Source of the DNA: an uncultured Chloroflexia bacterium | GTDB taxonomy: Bacteria > Chloroflexota > Ktedonobacteria > Ktedonobacterales > JADMIN01 | DNA: 32,000 bases | Assembly: GCA_963718915.1 (NCBI GenBank) | Contig: CAVRAI010000003.1 | Coordinates: 600,001-632,000, forward strand | Direction of reading: 5' to 3' | Shown here: piece after piece, positions 1-6,758 of the stretch | Layout of the letters: each line of letters starts with the position of its first letter | How positions within the stretch are numbered: the stretch's first letter is position 1 | Made by a program: the position numbers and the translations under genes | The notes under the pieces: generated by a model | Databases searched by the model: none | Seen by the model: the letters and a program-made list of their open reading frames with translations, nothing else | What the model was told of the DNA's origin: nothing

Positions 1-219
1 GTTGAGCGTGAGGCTCTACGTGACGCGCTGCAACAGCTTTCGATTGAAGACGCCGCCTGTGTGCTGCTACACGCTGTGTGGGGGCTGACTTCCACCGAGA
101 TTGCCGCGATTCTCGACATCTCGCGCGCGGCGGCGAAGAAGCGGCTGACCCGCGCCAAGCAACGGCTGCGCATCTCTTATTTCGACCAGAACCGCACGCA
201 GGGGGAGGATCCGCGATGA
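1..219 (+). CDS. ECF (sigma-70 family) sigma factor, C-terminal part; 5' end lies outside the window
   Basis: Frame 1 reads ...LSIEDAACVLLHAVWGLTSTEIAAILDISRAAAKKRLTRAKQRLR..., a sigma-70 region 4 HTH. It stops at TGA 217-219, overlapping the next ATG (ATGA at 216-219). Confidence 0.8.
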   Translation, partial: VEREALRDALQQLSIEDAACVLLHAVWGLTSTEIAAILDISRAAAKKRLTRAKQRLRISYFDQNRTQGEDPR

Positions 220-1682
220 CTACTATAGAGCCGCAACCTGTTCTGCCAACCCAGGACTGCGCGGCCATCGCGCCACTGCTCCCGCTGCTCGATTCATCCG
301 ATCTCAGCGCCGAAGACGCCACCCGCGCCCGCGACCACCTGGAGACCTGCGCGTGGTGCACGCGAGAACACGCCGCCCACGTGATTGTGGATGCCGCGCT
401 GCGGCGTCAGTATGGCGAGCCGCCAGAGCGCGCGCTGCCTTTCCTTACGATGGAGAGCTTTGTGAATACACCAGACACGCGGGACAGGCTAGGTCAACTA
501 GATACCACCTATCCGCCGAGCGACACAGACAGAACCGTTCCTGATTACCCGCGTCGTGGCCCTGGTCGGCTCACTGGTATCGCGGCGGTGGCGGCCGCGC
601 TGCTGCTGGTGGGGCTGGCGGCCACGCTCTTTACCGTCTTCTCCCAGACAGCGCATGGCCCCGCGCGTAACAGCGCGCCGACCGCAACGTCGATTGCCCA
701 CCAGCCACTCGCGCCGCTGCATCTGCCAGCGGGAGCCACCCTGCTAGGTCTCTCGATGACTTCACCAACCGACGGCTGGGCAGTAGGTGTGAGTGCCAAT
801 CCTCAGCAAGTTTTACTGGTGCGCTATCACGATGGGCAATGGGCCATCTGGCCTGGTACCCTGCCGCAGTTGCAATTGTTATTGAGCGCCGATAGCCTCT
901 CGATGGATTCGCCAACCGATGGCTGGATGACCGGCGATGGCGGCATGCTGCACTATACCAACGGGCAGTGGGTGGCCGTCGCCTTACCCGGTGTTGGCGG
1001 GATTGACAGAGTACAAATGGTCTCGCCAACTGATGGCTGGGCGAAAGCCTTCATCCAGTCCGCCGATAAGCAGAGTGGCGTATTTGGGATGCTGCGCTAT
1101 ACCGGGGGCGCGTGGTCCGTCGTCCCGCTACCACCGGCCTTGCGGGAGATTAGCGATGAGACACAGCTCGATTTCTCTGTGACCGAGTCGGGCGAATGCT
1201 GGTTGCTGTATCGTGTCGCTAGCAGTAATAGCACCGAGATTCTGCGCTATACAGGCGGCTCCTTCCAGGTGGTCTATACGCTGCCCGGCGTCCAGGAATA
1301 CCATATCACCATGGGCACATCGGAGAATGGCTGGCTGACCGGCATCAACGCCAACAGCAGTCCGTTCTATCACTTCGACGGTTCCGCCTGGACAAAGGTG
1401 GCGATTCCCGCCAGCTTCACTGGATCGTCCAGTAGCAACTATACAGCGGTGATTGCGCCATCTGGCGTGGCGTGGCTATTTGGTATTGGCGACTCCGGAC
1501 ACAATGGCGCGGCCGCTCGCTACCTCAATGGCTCATGGAAAGCGGTGACAGCGCCTTCGACAATCTTTCCGAGTACCTTCAGGTTGGTGGCCGATGACGA
1601 AGGCTGGGCCATCGGCACAGGTGGAGACCGCTCTGTGCTTTATCACTACCAGAACGGCAGTTGGACACCGTATCCGAATTGA
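216..1682 (+). CDS. zf-HC2 anti-sigma factor, single-pass membrane protein with a repeat-rich (beta-propeller-like) extracytoplasmic domain
   Basis: Frame of ORF 78..1682. Start placed at ATG 216 because of the ATGA overlap with the sigma stop. HLETCAWC matches the H-x3-C-x2-C anti-sigma zinc motif. TM helix GIAAVAAALLLVGLAATLFTVF. Then recurring SPTDGW / ENGW / DEGW motifs. Confidence 0.75.
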   Translation: MTTIEPQPVLPTQDCAAIAPLLPLLDSSDLSAEDATRARDHLETCAWCTREHAAHVIVDAALRRQYGEPPERALPFLTMESFVNTPDTRDRLGQLDTTYPPSDTDRTVPDYPRRGPGRLTGIAAVAAALLLVGLAATLFTVFSQTAHGPARNSAPTATSIAHQPLAPLHLPAGATLLGLSMTSPTDGWAVGVSANPQQVLLVRYHDGQWAIWPGTLPQLQLLLSADSLSMDSPTDGWMTGDGGMLHYTNGQWVAVALPGVGGIDRVQMVSPTDGWAKAFIQSADKQSGVFGMLRYTGGAWSVVPLPPALREISDETQLDFSVTESGECWLLYRVASSNSTEILRYTGGSFQVVYTLPGVQEYHITMGTSENGWLTGINANSSPFYHFDGSAWTKVAIPASFTGSSSSNYTAVIAPSGVAWLFGIGDSGHNGAAARYLNGSWKAVTAPSTIFPSTFRLVADDEGWAIGTGGDRSVLYHYQNGSWTPYPN

Positions 1683-1703
1683 GACGTACCCACTATTCGT
1701 GAA

Positions 1704-1745
1704 GAGCCTGCCAGGCGGTAAGATGCCCACTGGCAGGCTCTTTCG
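1704..1745 (+). terminator. putative intrinsic terminator after the anti-sigma gene
   Basis: Perfect 11-bp stem GAGCCTGCCAG (1704-1714) / CTGGCAGGCTC (1730-1740), followed by TTTCG. The loop is long (15 nt) and the U-tract short. Confidence 0.5.
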
Positions 1746-2298
1746 CATGGGCATTTGTATGGACAGGACAATAGTACTCGTTTGCAGGAGCATGGCTGGT
1801 ATGGTATCATCCATTGTGAGTGCAACGGCTTTCCTGTCACACAGGAAATACTGTATTGGCACTACACAGGTTGGGCGCATGGCGGCAGCGGGCGGCGTAG
1901 CCCATTGGTACCAGGCGGGCATGATAACACTGGCCTGTTGTCGCAAACCCAGGTATAGTGCTGGTGAACGTTGCAAAGCACATTTGTTCTAGCTCTCGGT
2001 GGGCGAGGGGAGAACAAACGGTGAAGAGTCGCCACAGGGCGCTGGCAGGATCGGCCGCTATCGGCCATCTGGGGGCCAGCGATGTGGAGTGGGTGGTGGA
2101 TCGCCGAAGGAGTGTCGGCGCGGTGTGGAGCGGATGGCGGGCGCAGGATCGCGCCTTCGCCGCCGGGGAGGGGAGACGCGGGCATACTTGCGCCCGTGAC
2201 TTCCCTCTAAAGGGAGGTACGGCTCTTGTTAGCAGCACAGATTCGACGGATGTCGCGCGGGCAACTGCTCTCGCTCGTTCTGCTGGGAGGGATAGCGT

Positions 2299-3198
2299 TT
2301 GGCGCGGGCGCCGCCAATGCCACGCCACAGGCGCACGCCGCGCCAGCGCTATACGTGGGTCAACTTCGATGGGCAGTGGTTCTGCCGGAGTTGGAGCGCC
2401 TCCGTTCCAACCGTGAAAGTGATCCTGCCGGGGCTGGCCGCCAGCGCGGGCATGTCAGGCATGGGCCAGGCTGCCTGGGACTACGATCTCGCGGACGGAC
2501 GGGCCTCCAATGTCACCGGGCAGACGCTGACACAATGCACCACTCGCTGGCATGTCGACGCCTCGATGCGCCTGCTCTCCGATGATGACAACTGGGCGCC
2601 AAATCCCAATGGCGAATGGCCGATTGCCAGCGATCTGCTGGCCTTCGAGCAGACCACCCATCAGCACGTGCGGACGGTGAGCGTCCTGAAGCCTGTGGTG
2701 AAGCACAAGACGGTCGTCAGAGCAACGGGAATGGGTAGCGCTCACACGACAACGACCTTCACTCAGGGTACGACCGGTAGCTCCGCGCCCAGTGGCGGCT
2801 ACAACCCCTGGGCGCCCGTGCCGGGCCATCCCACCCACAGCCTTAGAGACTTCGGGGGCGATCCCTATGCCAGCGCCTACGGCGTCTGCACGTGGTACGC
2901 ATGGTATCGCCATCAGAGCGAGCCGCTGATGAAGCTCGGCGTCTCACACACCTGGCCAGCCAACGCGCCGAAGTATGGCCTCTCGGTCGGCAGCCAGCCT
3001 GCCGTCGGCGCGACAGTGATCTTCCAGCCGGGCGTCGAAGGCGCGGGCGGCACCGGGCACGCCGGACATGTTGAGGCGGTGCTTGGCGGTGGCTGGTTCA
3101 TCATCTCTGAGATGAACTTCTACTGGAACGGCGGCGGCTTTGGCAAAGTGGACTACCGTTACGTCTACGTCCACTCTGGCGTCAGCTTTATCTACTAA
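2299..3198 (+). CDS. CHAP-domain peptidoglycan hydrolase (amidase/endopeptidase); N-terminus appears frameshifted
   Basis: C-terminal ...GVCTWYAWYRHQ...GATVIFQPGVEGAGGTGHAGHVEAV...ISEMNFYWNGGG... shows the Cys...His CHAP pattern. The signal peptide lies in another frame upstream (see finding). Confidence 0.8.
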   Translation: MARAPPMPRHRRTPRQRYTWVNFDGQWFCRSWSASVPTVKVILPGLAASAGMSGMGQAAWDYDLADGRASNVTGQTLTQCTTRWHVDASMRLLSDDDNWAPNPNGEWPIASDLLAFEQTTHQHVRTVSVLKPVVKHKTVVRATGMGSAHTTTTFTQGTTGSSAPSGGYNPWAPVPGHPTHSLRDFGGDPYASAYGVCTWYAWYRHQSEPLMKLGVSHTWPANAPKYGLSVGSQPAVGATVIFQPGVEGAGGTGHAGHVEAVLGGGWFIISEMNFYWNGGGFGKVDYRYVYVHSGVSFIY

Positions 3199-3246
3199 AC
3201 TGTTTCAGCCCTGCGAAACTTTGACGCCGAACAAACGTACGCGAGG

Positions 3247-3271
3247 CCCGCTGGATTTCCGGCGGGCTTTC
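3247..3271 (+). terminator. putative intrinsic terminator after CHAP gene 1
   Basis: CCCGCTGG (3247-3254), loop ATTT, CCGGCGGG (3259-3266): 8 bp including one G.U. Followed by CTTTC, a weak U-tract. Confidence 0.4.
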
Positions 3272-3429
3272 GCATGCCCGCAAAAACTCCGCACGATTGC
3301 GCCCGATATGGCATAGTGCAGACGTATGCTCCATTTCCGATATAGGGACACGGTCGGAGATAGAGAGCGTTGAGCACAGTTGGGTAGAGTTGGGTGGAGT
3401 TGGCGGAGACGAACAGGGCAGGCTGGACT

Positions 3430-4407
3430 ATGCGCGCGGATCGCTTACTCTCGATTCTGCTGCTGCTCCAGGCGCATCGCCAGATGACGGCGGGCGAGCT
3501 GGCGCGGCGGCTGGAGGTATCGGAGCGCACCATCCACCGCGACATGGTGGCGCTTGGCATCGCGGGCATCCCCGTCATCGCGGAGCGCGGTACCGGCGGC
3601 GGCTGGCGGCTGCTGGAGGAGTATCGCACCAACCTGACCGGCATGAACACCGCCGAGATTCAGGCGCTCTTTCTGACTCGTCCTTCGCGGCTGATGGCCG
3701 ATCTGGGGATGGAGCAGGCGTCGGACGCGGCGCTTATCAAGCTGCTGGCGGCGCTGCCCGCGATCTCGCGCCAGAACGCGGAGGATATCCGCCAGCGCAT
3801 CCACATCGATGTGGCGGGCTGGGGCCAGCGCGACGATGCTGTGCCACTGCTGCCGATCATCCAGCAGGCCGTCTGGCAACAACGTCGGCTGCGCTTCACC
3901 TATGGCTACGACGGGGAGGGCGCGGGCGAGCGGCTGGGCGATCCGCTGGGGCTGGTGGCGAAGGGCAGCGTCTGGTACATGATCGTCGCGATAGATGGCC
4001 AACCGCGTACCTACCGCGTCTCGCGCGTGCGCAGCGCTGAGTTGTTGGACGATCTCTTCGAGCGCCCACCGGGCTTTGATCTGGCGGCCCACTGGGAGGA
4101 GTCCTCGGCGCGTTTCAGCGAGCGCATTCCCCGTTTTCCGGCGACGTTGCGTGTGGAGGCTGGCGCGTTGAGCGCCGTGCGCGCCGGTGGCCGCTATACG
4201 CGGATCGCGCGTGAAGATCCGCCCGACGCCGATGGCTGGGCATGCGTGATGGTGCTCTTCGAGGATGACCACAGCGCCCGCGAGTTCATCCTGAGCTATG
4301 GGCCACGGGTCGAGGTGATCGAGCCAGCGACGTTACGCGCCGCCGTCCTCAGTGCCGCGCGGGAGACGGTCGCGCGATATGAGCGGAGGGACGAGGAGAC
4401 GCCATGA
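3430..4407 (+). CDS. YafY-family transcriptional regulator (N-terminal HTH + WYL domain + C-terminal extension)
   Basis: MRADRLLSILLLLQAHRQMTAGELARRLEVSERTIHRDMVAL... is a YafY-type HTH. ...LVAKGSVWYMIVAIDGQPRTYRVSRV... is the WYL core. Start moved to ATG 3430 inside ORF 3394..4407. Confidence 0.85.
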   Translation: MRADRLLSILLLLQAHRQMTAGELARRLEVSERTIHRDMVALGIAGIPVIAERGTGGGWRLLEEYRTNLTGMNTAEIQALFLTRPSRLMADLGMEQASDAALIKLLAALPAISRQNAEDIRQRIHIDVAGWGQRDDAVPLLPIIQQAVWQQRRLRFTYGYDGEGAGERLGDPLGLVAKGSVWYMIVAIDGQPRTYRVSRVRSAELLDDLFERPPGFDLAAHWEESSARFSERIPRFPATLRVEAGALSAVRAGGRYTRIAREDPPDADGWACVMVLFEDDHSAREFILSYGPRVEVIEPATLRAAVLSAARETVARYERRDEETP

Positions 4408-5558
4408 GATCGATCACGTGGGAAGCGGCCTGCCAGCGACGACTTGCCCGCCAGTGTCTGCTCGCGCCCGCGCCATCGGCCCGGCTGGTCGAGACGGTTC
4501 GCGCCGTCGGCGGCATCCAGGCGCAGATTCTCTCCGCCGCCGAGCTTGCCATTGGCGCGCGCGTGGCCGATATCACCCGGCAGGACGTGCAGACGGCGCT
4601 CTGGGAGCAGCACGCGCTGGTCAAGACCTACGGCCCGCGCGGGACGCTTCACCTGCTCCCCGCGGATGAACTGCCGCTCTGGATGGCGGCGCTGCAAGCC
4701 GCCGAGGCGCTCGGTGGATCGCCCTGGTATCAGCATGCTGGGCTGGCGCGGTCGCAGGCGGACGACCTCCTCAACGCCATCGGAGATGCGCTCGATGGCC
4801 GCTGTCTCACCCGCAAAGAACTCGCCGACGCGGTGACCAGCCAGGTGGGGGAGTGGGCGCGGGAGCGGTTGCTCTCCGCCTGGGGTGAGTTGCTCGCTCC
4901 AGCCGCGCTTGCCGGGAAGCTCTGTTTCGGCGCGGGCACGGGGAGCCAGGTGAGCTTTGTCCGGGCGGACCAGTGGATCGGCCACTGGGAGCAGCATGAT
5001 CCCCAGGCGGCGCTCGTCGAACTCTGCCGCCGCTACATCGCGACGTATGGTCCGGCTACACACCAGGATATCGCGCACTGGTTCCGGCTCAAACCCGATC
5101 AGGCCCGCGCGCTGATGGAGTCGCTTGCCGCCGAACTGGAAGAAGTCGATTTTCTCGGACGGCGCGCCTGGCTGCTGGCGAGTGACGCGCGAGACGACCA
5201 GCAAGAGGCTGGCGCATCCGCACCTGGCGCGCTCTGGCTGCTCCCACAATACGACTGCTACCTGCTTGGCTGTGGTCCTCGCGAGCGTATCGTGCCCGAG
5301 GTGGCGCGCCCGCGCGTGAACACGTATGGACGCGGGCGTTTCGAGAGCGCCACGGGACTGCCGGTGCTGCTCATCGACGGGGCCGTCGCCGGGATGTGGG
5401 AGCGGCGCAAGCAAGGGAAAGGGAACGAGTTGCGGGTAGAATTGTTCAAAGAGCTCACCGCCCGGCAGCACGAGCAGCTTGAGGCTGAGGCCGCGTGTAT
5501 CGGCGCGTTTCTTGGCGTCAACCTGTCGCTCTCGCTCGGCGTCCTCGGCGCTTCATGA
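4404..5558 (+). CDS. winged-helix (HTH_42) AlkZ/YcaQ-like DNA glycosylase family protein
   Basis: N-terminus ...WEAACQRRLARQCL...VRAVGGIQAQILSAAELAIGARV...LVKTYGPRGTLHLLP... resembles the crosslink-repair glycosylase family. Q39-A40-Q41 fits the Q-hydrophobic-Q motif. Start overlaps the WYL gene stop (ATGA 4404-4407). Confidence 0.7.
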   Translation: MRSITWEAACQRRLARQCLLAPAPSARLVETVRAVGGIQAQILSAAELAIGARVADITRQDVQTALWEQHALVKTYGPRGTLHLLPADELPLWMAALQAAEALGGSPWYQHAGLARSQADDLLNAIGDALDGRCLTRKELADAVTSQVGEWARERLLSAWGELLAPAALAGKLCFGAGTGSQVSFVRADQWIGHWEQHDPQAALVELCRRYIATYGPATHQDIAHWFRLKPDQARALMESLAAELEEVDFLGRRAWLLASDARDDQQEAGASAPGALWLLPQYDCYLLGCGPRERIVPEVARPRVNTYGRGRFESATGLPVLLIDGAVAGMWERRKQGKGNELRVELFKELTARQHEQLEAEAACIGAFLGVNLSLSLGVLGAS

Positions 5559-5704
5559 TATCTTCTTTACCCTCTCCTTGTAGGGGAGGGTGGCCGACCG
5601 CAGGGAGGCCGGGAGGGGTTGGCTCCCTTCCCACACCTGCCGCCATTGCTGGCCAGAGTCTCCCACCACCTTCAGCCTCTCAGCAAAAAAGCGGTCTTCT
5701 GCCC

Positions 5705-5733
5705 TTGCGAAATTAGAATACTTGTTCTATAGT
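5705..5733 (+). promoter_or_regulatory. sigma-70-like promoter TTGCGA-17 nt-TATAGT with an inverted repeat in the spacer
   Basis: -35 TTGCGA 5705-5710, 17-nt spacer, -10 TATAGT 5728-5733. Inverted repeat TAGAA(5714-5718)-N6-TTCTA(5725-5729) overlaps the spacer and -10. Confidence 0.45.
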
Positions 5734-5834
5734 TTGGGGTGCGAATTGGTCAGCAAGGATGCCTGGCGAACGCACAGCATGTTGGCGTTTCATCTGGTAT
5801 GGGTGTCTGGTCAGGGGTCATGGGGCAGGGAATC

Positions 5835-6059
5835 ATGGGGGATATCGAGAAGGGGGAGCATGGAGAAAGCCACGAGGGCGAGCTGCGCTATGGCGGCATT
5901 CGGATGCGCCTGCGCGGACGGGCGTTGCGCCTCATCCTCTGGCTGGCGGGACACCAGACGCGCATCAACGAGACCGCGCCCGAGAGTGGCCAGATATGGC
6001 TGACCTGGAAGGGCGAGGGGCCGCAGTCGATTGACGGCGACATTCGCACGCGGCTGTAA
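5835..6059 (+). CDS. small hypothetical protein (about 74 aa), possibly phage-derived
   Basis: ATG 5835 inside ORF 5739..6059. From here third codon positions are strongly G/C (MGDIEKGEHGESHEGELRYGGIRMRLRGRALRLILWLAGHQ...). No family recognised. Confidence 0.35.
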   Translation: MGDIEKGEHGESHEGELRYGGIRMRLRGRALRLILWLAGHQTRINETAPESGQIWLTWKGEGPQSIDGDIRTRL

Positions 6060-6266
6060 GCTGGTTCGTTTGATTTGAATGGGTATGAATGGGGTGAGCC
6101 GGAGGATGGCGCCCTGGCTTCCTGAGAAGGGGAGGCTGGGGCGCTGTTGTGTTTTTGGGGGGCTGTGGCGGGGTGGAAGCGGCAGCGGTCAGTGTGGGGC
6201 CTTTGGGCACGGGAGCGCGGGGGCGGGGGCGCTCAACCCCTTCGGGAGAGCGGGGAGGCAGAAATC

Positions 6267-6758
6267 ATGGGGATTGATATGGATAACGAGCCAGGTGACA
6301 ATCTGGACGAACTTGAGCATAGCCGCGAGGAGCGGGCGTTCACACTCTATTGCCAGGGGATGCGCGTCGCCGAGATCGCGGTGACGCTCGCCGTCAGCGA
6401 GACGACCATCCGCCGCTGGCTGCGCGCCCGGCTGGAGACGCTTGCGCGGGAGGAGCGCGCCGAACGGGCCGAGCAGCTCTTGCGCGCCATCGAGAGCCAG
6501 CGTTCGATTGCCAGCGCCGCCTGGCGAGCTTACGAGCAGGTGCGCAACGACGACGAGCCAGATCGTCACGAGGGCGCGCGCTACCTCTCGATTGCCCTCG
6601 CCGCCCAGCGCGAGGTGGCGCGGTTACAGGGACTCTACTACCGCATCGGACGCGAGCCAGCGCCAGTGGACATCACAGTGACACGTCGCCCCGAGGACAC
6701 AGCCGCGCCAGAGCAGCCTTCCGAGAACGCCAATGGTGAGGCGCGCAAGCAGCCATGA
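6267..6758 (+). CDS. phage terminase small subunit-like HTH protein
   Basis: Start ATG 6267, preceded by GGGGAGG 8 nt upstream. HTH-like ...FTLYCQGMRVAEIAVTLAVSETTIRRWL.... Acidic N-terminus. Stop overlaps the terminase large subunit start (ATGA). The call rests mainly on position and architecture. Confidence 0.6.
   Translation: MGIDMDNEPGDNLDELEHSREERAFTLYCQGMRVAEIAVTLAVSETTIRRWLRARLETLAREERAERAEQLLRAIESQRSIASAAWRAYEQVRNDDEPDRHEGARYLSIALAAQREVARLQGLYYRIGREPAPVDITVTRRPEDTAAPEQPSENANGEARKQP

Noticed and set aside
4296-5471. Long antisense or overlapping ORFs. Examples: 4296..5471(-), 3445..4272(-), 14876..15886(-), 16045..16776(-), 16795..17607(-), 18348..19142(-), 18382..19038(+), 23967..24971(+), 27023..27763(+), 29400..30137(+), 30165..31304(+), 12020..12937(-)
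   Set aside because: These are typical GC-rich shadow ORFs opposite or out of frame with well-supported genes. Their translations are Arg/Ala/Gly/Pro-rich with no recognisable domains.
5590-6034. ORFs 5590..6003 and 5759..6034 as alternatives to the small ORF called at 5835..6059
   Set aside because: Their frames lack the G/C third-position bias seen in the 5835 frame, and their translations are Arg/Trp/Cys-rich noise.
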